NCBI GenBank assembly: GCA_015523565.1
Contig: WAKA01000140.1
Span: 1 to 34,789 of the forward strand
Length of the DNA stretch: 34,789 nucleotides
Source: Candidatus Heimdallarchaeota archaeon
GTDB lineage: Archaea > Asgardarchaeota > Heimdallarchaeia > Heimdallarchaeales > Kariarchaeaceae
Reading direction: 5' to 3'
Below are positions 1 through 9,170 of the stretch, one piece after another (positions within the stretch are counted from its first letter, which is position 1; every line of letters starts with the position of its first letter). Made by a program: the position numbers and the translations under genes. The notes beneath the pieces are model-generated. The model was not told the DNA's origin, did not search any database, and worked only from the letters and a program-made list of their open reading frames with translations.

Positions 1-249
1 AATTATACCTTCACCTTTCTCCAATACAGCTCAATTGCTTTTCATCTTGTCAAGAATTCGACTGGTGTGTTCACCTTTTCAGACCCCCTTCCGGAAATAT
101 GGGGTGAACCTGTTTCTTTGGGTTATAGTGTTTCTCTAGGTATTCTTCCAATTTCTTCTATTTTTATTCTGTATGGGATTCCTGTTATAATGGTTGTTTC
201 ATTTCCTATAATATTTAAACATTATCGAGGTCGAAAGAAAGAACAATAA
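1..249 (+). CDS. C-terminal fragment of a membrane-anchored (probably cell-surface) protein; 5' end lies outside the window
   Basis: Frame is open from base 1 to TAA at 247-249. It ends in a hydrophobic segment (ILPISSIFILYGIPVIMVVSFPIIF) followed by a basic stop-transfer tail (KHYRGRKKEQ). Confidence 0.65.
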   Translation, partial: NYTFTFLQYSSIAFHLVKNSTGVFTFSDPLPEIWGEPVSLGYSVSLGILPISSIFILYGIPVIMVVSFPIIFKHYRGRKKEQ

Positions 250-274
250 ACATAACCCTCTCAATACATGACAA

Positions 275-874
275 CTAATCCTTTTGAATTACTGCTTGAT
301 AGATCATGTCCTTCAAATTCCAATTGATTGATTGTATGCTCCATCCGGATCCAAGCATTTCTATTGTGGGTTTTCGATCGAAATCTACCCCGAAAAGCTT
401 CTTGGTTAGGGGATTGATTGCTTTCTCAACCTTGAAAAGGAATGGTCTGTTAGATCTGCCAAATTCAAATATTATCAATTTCCCTCCTGATTTAAGGTGT
501 AACCCAATTTCTTCCAATACTGGCAGGGGATTTTGCATGGTGCAGAGGACAAAAGTTGCAACTGCAACCGTGAAATCTTGGGGCAATGACCAAGGAAGAT
601 CTGCTTGGTAAGAAAGCTTAATGTTGCTTGCCCTTAGCTTCTTCAACCTTTTTGCCGCTATTGCAAGCATCCCCCTACTTCTATCGATAGCCGTCACTTT
701 ATTGCTCGGATGGTAATATCCCAGATTTTTTCCCGTCCCCACCCCAATCTCCAACACCTTTTGCTTTCGTAGGCTTCCAATCCATCTTTTTCGCATATTT
801 CGATAATAGAGCCATTCGAACGGAAGATCAATTAAGTCATAGATGGGCGCAATTCGATCATATGATCCATCCAT
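275..874 (-). CDS. Class I SAM-dependent methyltransferase (phospholipid N-methyltransferase/UbiE-like family)
   Basis: N-terminal YDRIAPIYD, motif I VLEIGVGTGKN, IDRSRGML, FVLCT and LKSGGKLIIFE. Confidence 0.85.
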   Translation of the reverse strand: MDGSYDRIAPIYDLIDLPFEWLYYRNMRKRWIGSLRKQKVLEIGVGTGKNLGYYHPSNKVTAIDRSRGMLAIAAKRLKKLRASNIKLSYQADLPWSLPQDFTVAVATFVLCTMQNPLPVLEEIGLHLKSGGKLIIFEFGRSNRPFLFKVEKAINPLTKKLFGVDFDRKPTIEMLGSGWSIQSINWNLKDMIYQAVIQKD

Positions 875-1265
875 AATGTAGTTTGGATAAGTACTACTAA
901 ATCTCTCGTCTTGTCAAACTAATTTTTTCTATCTTACAAATTTATTTATTTCATTTCATTGACGGTGAAATTTCTGATTTTGCTTCAATCACCCTCTCAC
1001 TATCCTACAACTATGACCATTTCTTAAAATTCCACTGTAGATCTATTTCCATGCTTATCAATGGTGATTTGTTCCAATTGAATGTTTAATGAATAAATCG
1101 GTTTTTACCTTTGATTTTCTTTTTGGTTTTTACTTTAATTGTGGAAAATTTGATTCAATGCAAAGTGATCAATGAAAATGTAATTTATGACATTATATTT
1201 CCTCAACAAAAATTCAGAATCCTGTATGTACATTATTTATTATATAATTTGAGAAATCAAAGCAG

Positions 1266-1754
1266 ATGATTAAATTTCACGGCTATAAGGGGGAATATGG
1301 CTTTCTCAGCAATTTCTATTTGTGCCCAATCCAACTCTTCAACTTGGTATTCAGAAGCTCTGAACATGTTTATCAAGCTTTCAAAGCTCCGAATGAGAAA
1401 TGGTTCGTAAAAATAGGCACAAATTACAGTCCATTTGTTGCAAAGAAAAAAGCAAACAAGGTCATGACAAGGAATGATTGGAAAGAAGTTCGTTTTAAGG
1501 TTATGCTGTTTACCTTGCAACAGAAATTCGGTCAACACGAGGATCTGCGAAAAAGGCTTTTGGAAACTGGAGACGAGGTATTAATTGAAGATTCCCCAAC
1601 TGATAAATTCTGGGGAGGGAGGGACAGTGGACTGAACTGCTTAGGAAAGGCATTGATGGAGATACGAAATGAGTTTATAACAGGAAAATTTTCAAAAATT
1701 GACCCTTGTTTGTTATTGGCTTTTAAGCCTAGTTTCGATTGCCATTCATTATGA
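1266..1754 (+). CDS. NADAR (YbiA-like) family protein
   Basis: Diagnostic motifs FLSNFY, SEHVYQAFK, KFGQH..L...LL.TG...LIEDSP.D.FWG and G.N.LGKALMEIR. Confidence 0.9.
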   Translation: MIKFHGYKGEYGFLSNFYLCPIQLFNLVFRSSEHVYQAFKAPNEKWFVKIGTNYSPFVAKKKANKVMTRNDWKEVRFKVMLFTLQQKFGQHEDLRKRLLETGDEVLIEDSPTDKFWGGRDSGLNCLGKALMEIRNEFITGKFSKIDPCLLLAFKPSFDCHSL

Positions 1755-1980
1755 TTTCTTGGTTTGAAGTTCCAATTTCATTGAATGGCTTTTATGTAGT
1801 TGAAATCAATGATACATTTTTTTTATATTTGATAACATCAAAGTTTTCTTGCTCTTTGGTTCTCTTTTTGTCTAATATATTACTGAACTGTTTTCTTCTC
1901 CTAATAATCCATTGGTTTGCACCTTGCAATGTGAATTTTTCAAGCGGTTGTTATTTCAACAATCAGTAGAAAGAAATTTC

Positions 1981-2400
1981 CTAATATTGGTCTTCAGGAA
2001 TAACACTCAAAATTTCTTCAATGGTTGGTGAATGTTGAACAAGCACAGATGCACTGGTTGTGAATGATTCAATGTTTCTTGCCCCTGCCACCAGGATAAA
2101 CCTACCAAGATTTCTTAGAATCAGGAATCCGCTCTTGCACCTGACCATTATGTCAGTAGTGTCTCCAAATCCGACCCTATTGACGGCAAGGTTTGCAGAG
2201 TTTTGCAGTGATGCACTGATGGCTGAAAATTCTGAAGGATCTGCTGTGGATTTGGTGAAGAATGCAACTCTTGCACCTGTTGTAGTGATAATCGCAAGAG
2301 TGTCAACTTTTGCCTCTTGTGTGATGGCTCTCAATTCTTTTGCAAGTTTAGCCGCTGTATTCTTGTCTACTCGAACAGACATTTTGAATTCCTCACCCAT
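1981..2400 (-). CDS. Roadblock/LC7 (MglB-like) domain protein
   Basis: 139 aa with the roadblock pattern: helix, AIITTTG, 'DPSEFSAISASL..SA', GFG....IMVRCKSGFLIL, FILV, C-terminal helix. Confidence 0.8.
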   Translation of the reverse strand: MGEEFKMSVRVDKNTAAKLAKELRAITQEAKVDTLAIITTTGARVAFFTKSTADPSEFSAISASLQNSANLAVNRVGFGDTTDIMVRCKSGFLILRNLGRFILVAGARNIESFTTSASVLVQHSPTIEEILSVIPEDQY

Positions 2401-2566
2401 ATTATGATAGGTACTATATTAATATGATAGAATCTATCTCAGACTAATGACTTATGAAAAGAGTTGAGTTTTTGGGTTATTGCTGTCAATTGGTCATTGC
2501 CATAGGCAAAAATCTTGTTAATGTATAAAATAAAACAGGAATGACAGGCACGAACGAGGCACTCAA

Positions 2567-3223
2567 ATGGCTGAAAGCAGAGTAATGAAAAAAAAGTCCC
2601 GCCAAATCCCAGAAATCCAGGTCATTAGTGACCCTGAAGTTATCAAGGTTCTTCTTAACCCGACAAGGAGGGAGATCCTTCAAGTCATGAGAAAAGGGCA
2701 CTATCGAGACGGTTCTTCTAAAATATCCTATGACATGAGTGTTGGTGAGATTGCAGAAATTCTGGACACAACTCCACAACGGCTCTATCACCACATAGAC
2801 AAGCTCATTGAGGCAGGTCTGGTGGAGAAATCCCGTGAGGAAAAGAAAGTGCGATCTGTGGTCACCTACTATCAAAGAACCGCCAGAAATTTCATCATTG
2901 CATATGAGGCTGATTCCACTGGGCAGATGTATGAGGAACAGGGAAAGAACATGACTAAGACGCTCATGGAAGCATTCAATTTGGAATTGGACAAGGATGA
3001 GATTGACCTGCTTGCGGACACCATCTCAAAATTGTCCAAGAATTCTTCCTTTTATTTTTCACAGCTTGCTGAACAGCTTTCACCAGATTATCAAGGCAAG
3101 GACATTCATTGGGCGCTAGATTTGGTTCGACGTGCATTTCAAATGGATGACCAAGAATATCTGGAATCCATGAAGCAATTAAAGAAAATATTGGAAGACA
3201 AAATTCACGTACGGAAAAAATAG
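2567..3223 (+). CDS. ArsR-type winged-helix transcriptional regulator with C-terminal helical domain
   Basis: DPEVIKVLLNPTRREILQVM ... MSVGEIAEIL..TPQRLYHHIDKLIEAGLV ... YYQRTA. Confidence 0.85.
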   Translation: MAESRVMKKKSRQIPEIQVISDPEVIKVLLNPTRREILQVMRKGHYRDGSSKISYDMSVGEIAEILDTTPQRLYHHIDKLIEAGLVEKSREEKKVRSVVTYYQRTARNFIIAYEADSTGQMYEEQGKNMTKTLMEAFNLELDKDEIDLLADTISKLSKNSSFYFSQLAEQLSPDYQGKDIHWALDLVRRAFQMDDQEYLESMKQLKKILEDKIHVRKK

Positions 3224-3362
3224 TGGGTCATGATTTTGCCACCTAGTGCACTCTCCAAGGGGTTTGGAATGATTATTGAAAAGGACAAATGAGGAAGTGC
3301 TTTTATGGGATTAATTCCTATAAGTGATTGTAGGAAGTAAGTCACAACCCTTCTGCAATTTT

Positions 3363-3368
3363 AGGTGA
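3363..3368 (+). promoter_or_regulatory. Shine-Dalgarno AGGTGA upstream of gyrB
   Basis: AGGTGA ends 4 nt before the ATG at 3373; the same hexamer precedes gyrA. Confidence 0.7.
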
Positions 3369-3372
3369 TTTA

Positions 3373-5502
3373 ATGGAAGATTATGACGAGTCAGACATTC
3401 AAGTGTTGGAAGGCACTGAAGGTGTTAGACACAGGCCCTCTATGTATATTGGTGATGTAGGCTCTAGAGGTCTTCACCATCTTGTCTATGAGGTAATAGA
3501 CAACAGTGTTGACGAGGCTATGGCGGGAAGGTGCTCAAAAGCAATTGTTACCATTCACAAGGATGGTTCTGTTTCAATTAGGGATGATGGTGCAGGGATT
3601 CCGTCGGATATTCATCCACAGTATGGCGTATCAACCTTGGAGGTTATCTTGACAAAATTGCATTCTGGCGGAAAATTTGGGAAGAAAGCATATTCCGTTT
3701 CTGGTGGTCTCCATGGGGTTGGGCTGTCTGTAGTATGTGCCTTAAGCATTGAATTCTATGTTGAGGTTGTTCGTGAAAAGAAAGTTTTTTGGCAGGAATA
3801 CTCAAGAGGTAAAAAAAAGTATGATGTTAAATCCAGACCGAGGGGTCCAGAAGATCAGCGTGGTACTTTAATCAAATTCAAGCCTGATCCAGAAATCTTT
3901 AACACCACCGAGTTCAATTTTGACATTTTGGCAGGTCGGTTTAAGGAACTTGCATATCTGACAGAGGGATTCACGATTGAATTCACTGACGAAAGACAAA
4001 TCGAAACAGATGAGGATGGAAATGAAAAACCATTAACGGTTGTATTTCATTATGAAGGAGGAATTGTCCAGTTTGTGGAAGATACGATCAAGAACAGAAG
4101 AATGCTTGATGATGAAGCGCCAATCTTCCGAGCAACTGGTGAAAGCAATGGTGTCAAAGTTGATATTGCCTTGGCCTATACGGATTCCTTCCAAGAATTG
4201 ATTAAGGGATTTGTGAACAATATTGATACTCGTGAGGGAGGAACTCATGTTTCAGGTTTCAAAACTGCATTGACTAGAACACTCAATGACTTTGCAAGAA
4301 CAAATAAGATTTTGAGAGACAAGGATGAGAATTTAAGGGGAGACGATACAAGGGAGGGGCTTGTTGCAATAATTTCTGTCAAGGTTCCTGAACCACAATT
4401 TGAAGGTCAAACCAAGACAAAGCTGGGCAACAGTGAAGTGGACGGAATTGTTCAAGGGATATTCGGCAAGAGATTCAAGGAATTTCTCCAAACCCATCAA
4501 ACTTATGGACGCGCAATTGTCCAAAAAGCAATCCAGTCCAGAAGGGCAAGGCTTGCTGCACAAAAAGCAAGGGAATTGATTCGAAAAACCAGCTCAAGTA
4601 AGGTTTCCCTTCCTGGAAAACTATATGCTTCCAGAGAAAAAGACCCGATGAAACGTGAATTGTTCCTCGTTGAAGGACAATCTGCCGGTGGTACTGCCGT
4701 CAAGGCAAGAGATGCCCAGAACCAGGAAATTCTGTTCTTGCGGGGGAAAGTCCTGAATGTTGAGAAGGCACGTCTAAGTCGTATCTTGGATAATGCAGAA
4801 ATTAGAAACATCATAACTGCTGTTGGAACTGGAATTGATGACGACTTTGACATTTCAAAGCTCAGATACGGAAAAATAGTTATTCTTACTGACGCAGATG
4901 TTGACGGGCTCCATATAGCCACTCTGCTTCTGACGCTTTTCTACAGGCATATGCGACCACTGCTTGAAGAAGGACATATTTATATGGCAAGACCCCCGCT
5001 TTTCAAGGTCTCGTTCAATACAAAATCAATAAAGTTGACTGGAAAGCCTTATGTTTATTTGACATCTGACAGGGATCTTGAGGCCTTGAAAATTGCCCTT
5101 GAAGACATGGGACTTTCTACCAACGACATTGTTGTCAACAGGTTCAAGGGTCTTGGTGAAATGAATGCAGACCAGCTTGAAGAAACAGTCATGAATCCAT
5201 TGACCCGGCGCATCGAAAGAATTATAATTGCAGACAGCGCAGAAACGGAAACATGGATTACAAAACTCATGGGTGACGATATCCAAGGAAGAAAGAAGTT
5301 CATCAATGAAGAGGTCTTTTCAGAGGAAAGCCATCATCATTTTGGTGAATTCTATTCTTTGGCTTTTGATGAGGAAAATGAAGAAGATGAGGAAATCGAA
5401 ATTTACGAAGGTGACTTTGAAAATGAGATGCAGGATGAAAGCATCTTAGCCGCCGATCTCTTGTCACAACTAGAGGACTGGACCCATGAACCACAATTTT
5501 AG
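3373..5502 (+). CDS. gyrB: DNA gyrase subunit B (type IIA topoisomerase) with acidic C-terminal extension
   Basis: VRHRPSMYIG, EVIDNSVDE, DDGAGIP, LHSGGKF, GGLHGVG, PQFEGQTK, TOPRIM EGQSAGG and TDADVDG, RFKGLGEMN; directly upstream of gyrA. Confidence 0.95.
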   Translation: MEDYDESDIQVLEGTEGVRHRPSMYIGDVGSRGLHHLVYEVIDNSVDEAMAGRCSKAIVTIHKDGSVSIRDDGAGIPSDIHPQYGVSTLEVILTKLHSGGKFGKKAYSVSGGLHGVGLSVVCALSIEFYVEVVREKKVFWQEYSRGKKKYDVKSRPRGPEDQRGTLIKFKPDPEIFNTTEFNFDILAGRFKELAYLTEGFTIEFTDERQIETDEDGNEKPLTVVFHYEGGIVQFVEDTIKNRRMLDDEAPIFRATGESNGVKVDIALAYTDSFQELIKGFVNNIDTREGGTHVSGFKTALTRTLNDFARTNKILRDKDENLRGDDTREGLVAIISVKVPEPQFEGQTKTKLGNSEVDGIVQGIFGKRFKEFLQTHQTYGRAIVQKAIQSRRARLAAQKARELIRKTSSSKVSLPGKLYASREKDPMKRELFLVEGQSAGGTAVKARDAQNQEILFLRGKVLNVEKARLSRILDNAEIRNIITAVGTGIDDDFDISKLRYGKIVILTDADVDGLHIATLLLTLFYRHMRPLLEEGHIYMARPPLFKVSFNTKSIKLTGKPYVYLTSDRDLEALKIALEDMGLSTNDIVVNRFKGLGEMNADQLEETVMNPLTRRIERIIIADSAETETWITKLMGDDIQGRKKFINEEVFSEESHHHFGEFYSLAFDEENEEDEEIEIYEGDFENEMQDESILAADLLSQLEDWTHEPQF

Positions 5503-5506
5503 GTGA
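5501..5506 (+). promoter_or_regulatory. Shine-Dalgarno AGGTGA upstream of gyrA
   Basis: AGGTGA overlaps the gyrB stop and ends 6 nt before the ATG at 5513. Confidence 0.7.
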
Positions 5507-5512
5507 AACGTT

Positions 5513-8182
5513 ATGTCAACAACTGAAGATTTTATCAGAGAAAGCACACTTACAACAGAACTGAAATATGGTTTTGGAGAGTATTCCCGCTATGTCATTT
5601 CAGATCGAGCCCTCCCTGATGCCAGAGACGGACTTAAACCTGTCCACCGAAGAATAATATATGCAATGCATGGTCTTGGTCTTACACATAGGTCCAACTT
5701 CAAGAAATGTGCAAGAATTGTTGGTGAAGTCACTGGAAAGTACCATCCACATGCAGGAGGGACATATGAAAGCCTTGTCCGATTGGCACAGGACTGGTCA
5801 CTTCGATATCCACTTGTTGAAGGACAGGGAAACTTTGGAAGCATTGATGGTTTTCCCCCTGCAGCCATGCGTTATACTGAGGCAAGGCTTGCCAAGATCT
5901 CCCAGGAATTGTTGGCTGACCTTTCCCCAAAGGTGGTTCAATTTGTCGAAAACTTTGATGGAGAGGAAATGGAACCAACAGTCTTACCTGTCCGAGTCCC
6001 CCATCTGTTGTTGAACGGTGCCAAGGGAATCGCTGTGGGAATGTCCTCCAATATTCCTCCCCATCAACTGGGTGAACTTATAGATGGTGCCATTGCAATA
6101 ATTGACAATCCAAGAATCACAATAGAAGAACTGATGGAGCATGTAAAAGGTCCTGATTTTCCAACAGGTGGATTGATTGTTGGTACTAAAGGAATAGAGG
6201 CACTTTACCGAACTGGAAAGGGAAGCCTAAGAGTAAGATCACGCATTCATGTTGAACGCCCTGATACCCATAAGGTAAAGGAGCCCATGCTTGTTGTTGA
6301 TGAAATCCCCTATTTCGTGAATAAAACCTCCCTGATTGAAGAAATTGCTGAATTGATCAATGAAAACAAGATAAGGGGCGTAACTAATATCCGTGACCTT
6401 TCAAAAGACAAGATAAGAATTGAAATTGTTGTTGAAGAAGGATATTCAGACGATGAATCACTGAGAACTGTCCAAGCCCAGCTTTTCAACAGGACATCAC
6501 TTGAAAATTATTTCCATGCCCGTATCTTGGCTTTTGTCTATGGAAAACCAAGAACCCTCAACCTAAAACAGGCTCTCTCAATTTTCCTCGACTTCAGAGA
6601 GGATGTCATCCTGAAACGCTCTGAGGAAGAACTTGAAAAAGTCATGGCACGTTTGCATATCCTTGAAGGATTAATCAAGGCATCACAACATATTGATGCA
6701 ATCATTGCATTGATTCGCGCGTCGGAAACAAGAGCCGAAGCCCAAAAGAACTTGATGGAAACATATCAACTCTCCGATAAGCAAGCCAAAGCTGTTCTTG
6801 ACATGACTCTGGCAAGATTGGCAAGAGTTGAACAGAATGATCTTGTACAAGAAGCAGAAAAAAGAAGAGAAAGGGCTTCTTTCTTGCTGGAAATCATCAA
6901 CAACAGGTCAAGAAGATTGGAAGTCATTAAAGAGGAACTCTTGGACATCAAAAACAAGTACAATGACAAAAGAAGAACGACAATCCTTGAATATGATGAA
7001 ATTGGCATGAAAGGGGATCGCGCACTCCTGCATGAAAGAAAACTTCTCATTACCTCGACAAGCGAAGGATATGTCAGGTCAATTGATTTTGAAAAATTCA
7101 AGATTCAAGGAAGGGCAGGAGTTGGTGTGATTGGTCTTCCCCTGAACCCTGATGAAAGATTGCTTGACTTTACCATTGCAAGCAACAAGGATGACCTCCT
7201 TCTAATCACTGAGGAAGGGATCATCCATAAGATCCCCGCATTTGAAGTCATAGAGGTAAATAAAAGAACCCACAAGGGAAGAAAATTGAACACATACCTC
7301 CCTGTCAACTCACTCGTCAAAAAAATCGTTCCAGTCCCTGAAAATGAATTTACCAAAGATAAAATCCTTGTGACAGTGACCAAAAATGGCATAGTCAAAA
7401 GAACTACCCTTGACAAATTCAAAAATATCAGAAAAACAGGAATCAAATGCCTCTTGTTTAAGGATGAAAATGATGCTGTTGTTGATGCATTCATTACAGA
7501 TGGTGATTCCTTAATTTTCATGGCTTCAAAGTTTGGAAGTGCATCCATCTTCGAAGAAAAGAAAGCAAGGTTGACTGGTCGGGTGGCACAAGGTGTTATC
7601 GGTATGAAATTCAGGTCCCCTGACGATGAAATAATATCATCATTTGCGGTGCCAAAAGAAAAGTATGAGACAGATGCTGTACTAACATTGACTGAAAAGG
7701 GATATGGAAAACGGACATTGCTGTCGAAATATAGAATAACAAACAGGGCCGCTAAAGGTGTGAAGAATATCAAAATAACAGACAAAAACGGGTATGTAAC
7801 CAGTTCCATTTTCGTTCCTGCTGATGATCGGCAAATCCCACTATCCTTGATCAGTAATTCTGGAAAAATAATCAAGGTTCTATTGAACACAATCCGACTG
7901 ATGGGAAGAAGTACACAAGGCGTAAGGGTCATGAGACTTTCTAAAAATGAAAAATTGGTCTTTGCATCCCTCATTGTTGACGATTCCCAAATTGAGGAAA
8001 TTGAAATTCCCCAAGAAAATGAGGATTATGATGATCTTGATGAAATGGAAGATAATGATGAAATCACCACTGAAATAATCCCTGACGAAAACAATGGAAA
8101 TGAAACTTATGAAGACGAAAACAGTGAAGACGCTACAGCAGACGCCCTAAGTGAATTGGATCAATTGGATTTTGATACATGA
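5513..8182 (+). CDS. gyrA: DNA gyrase subunit A
   Basis: [23 protein letters not shown], catalytic AAMRYTE, beta-pinwheel CTD repeats, GyrA-box-like QGRAGVG (7106-7126) and an acidic tail. Confidence 0.95.
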   Translation: MSTTEDFIRESTLTTELKYGFGEYSRYVISDRALPDARDGLKPVHRRIIYAMHGLGLTHRSNFKKCARIVGEVTGKYHPHAGGTYESLVRLAQDWSLRYPLVEGQGNFGSIDGFPPAAMRYTEARLAKISQELLADLSPKVVQFVENFDGEEMEPTVLPVRVPHLLLNGAKGIAVGMSSNIPPHQLGELIDGAIAIIDNPRITIEELMEHVKGPDFPTGGLIVGTKGIEALYRTGKGSLRVRSRIHVERPDTHKVKEPMLVVDEIPYFVNKTSLIEEIAELINENKIRGVTNIRDLSKDKIRIEIVVEEGYSDDESLRTVQAQLFNRTSLENYFHARILAFVYGKPRTLNLKQALSIFLDFREDVILKRSEEELEKVMARLHILEGLIKASQHIDAIIALIRASETRAEAQKNLMETYQLSDKQAKAVLDMTLARLARVEQNDLVQEAEKRRERASFLLEIINNRSRRLEVIKEELLDIKNKYNDKRRTTILEYDEIGMKGDRALLHERKLLITSTSEGYVRSIDFEKFKIQGRAGVGVIGLPLNPDERLLDFTIASNKDDLLLITEEGIIHKIPAFEVIEVNKRTHKGRKLNTYLPVNSLVKKIVPVPENEFTKDKILVTVTKNGIVKRTTLDKFKNIRKTGIKCLLFKDENDAVVDAFITDGDSLIFMASKFGSASIFEEKKARLTGRVAQGVIGMKFRSPDDEIISSFAVPKEKYETDAVLTLTEKGYGKRTLLSKYRITNRAAKGVKNIKITDKNGYVTSSIFVPADDRQIPLSLISNSGKIIKVLLNTIRLMGRSTQGVRVMRLSKNEKLVFASLIVDDSQIEEIEIPQENEDYDDLDEMEDNDEITTEIIPDENNGNETYEDENSEDATADALSELDQLDFDT

Positions 8183-8255
8183 ACTGTTTGTTTATGCTTC
8201 TTATGTATTTCTTAAACAAAAGCCATTTATTAACAAGATAAAGAAGAGGTCAGAA

Positions 8256-9170
8256 ATGATTAATGTAGACAATTGGCATACTCCTAAAAAGATATATGAT
8301 GCACATCTTCATGTCTTCAATTATAAGGGCATGGTAACCCGTGCCAAAAGATTGGGCTTTGAAACCCCAGAAGAGATTGTTTCTTATATGGGTGATCGAG
8401 TGGGATCCAATTTTGTTATTCCACCAAAAGATGACAATGCCTTACTCTTGTTGTGGATTGATGAACTCCAAAAAAACAATGTTGACAAGGCAATAATTCT
8501 TCCAGATTGGAATTCTACTGACATAATTGAAATAGCATCAAAAGAATATCCTGATTTATTCTTTCGATACATGATGATTAATCCTCATGAAGAGAAAGCG
8601 TTGGATACATTGAGGACTGCATATTCCAAATTTGGGGTTCATGGAATCAAACTTTACCCACCTCTTCATTACTACCACGCGTATGATGAAATTGTCATGC
8701 CCTTCTATGAATTTTGTGATGACCATAAGCTCCCCATCACCTTTCATATGGGTATATCCGTGGGAAACAAGGCTGATATGAGGTATATGAACCCAAGTGA
8801 CGTATCTCCGATTGCAAGGGATTTTCCCAAACTAAATTTCTTGTTTGCCCACTTCGCAACAGGTTATCTCAGGGAACTGCTTTTCCTAATGTACCATTGC
8901 AATAATGTATATGCAGAAAGTAGCAGTAGCAATAAATGGATTCATTACTTACCTGAAAGCTTGGAGCTTAAAGACGTCTTTGAGAAAATCATCAAGGTTA
9001 AAGGTACCGAGAAAATTGTTTTTGGCACTGATTCAACTTTGTTTCCTAGAGGATGGAGAAGAGGAATATATGAAAGACAATTGGCAGTTTGCAATGAACT
9101 TGGCTTGACTCAAGAGCAAATTGATGGAATTTTCTACAAGAATTTGGAAAAGCTGATGCCAAAAATTTAG
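8256..9170 (+). CDS. Amidohydrolase_2 family metal-dependent TIM-barrel hydrolase
   Basis: DAHLH, GIKLYP, FHMG, AHF and FGTD motifs. Start moved to ATG 8256 (GAGGT upstream) to avoid overlap with gyrA. Confidence 0.85.
   Translation: MINVDNWHTPKKIYDAHLHVFNYKGMVTRAKRLGFETPEEIVSYMGDRVGSNFVIPPKDDNALLLLWIDELQKNNVDKAIILPDWNSTDIIEIASKEYPDLFFRYMMINPHEEKALDTLRTAYSKFGVHGIKLYPPLHYYHAYDEIVMPFYEFCDDHKLPITFHMGISVGNKADMRYMNPSDVSPIARDFPKLNFLFAHFATGYLRELLFLMYHCNNVYAESSSSNKWIHYLPESLELKDVFEKIIKVKGTEKIVFGTDSTLFPRGWRRGIYERQLAVCNELGLTQEQIDGIFYKNLEKLMPKI

Noticed and set aside
1739-1969. 76-aa hydrophobic plus-strand ORF
   Set aside because: Non-ATG start, and its composition simply reflects T-rich intergenic DNA.
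7105-7974. 289-aa minus-strand ORF
   Set aside because: It lies wholly antisense to the GyrA CTD and has no recognisable motifs; a shadow ORF from codon bias.
3373-8182. The topoisomerase pair as ParE/ParC (topo IV)
   Set aside because: A full pinwheel CTD with a GyrA-box-like QGRAGVG and an acidic tail favours gyrase, although the box is somewhat divergent.
8151-8255. N-terminal 35 aa of the amidohydrolase ORF as given in the track
   Set aside because: It overlaps the gyrA end; ATG 8256 with an upstream GAGGT is the better start.
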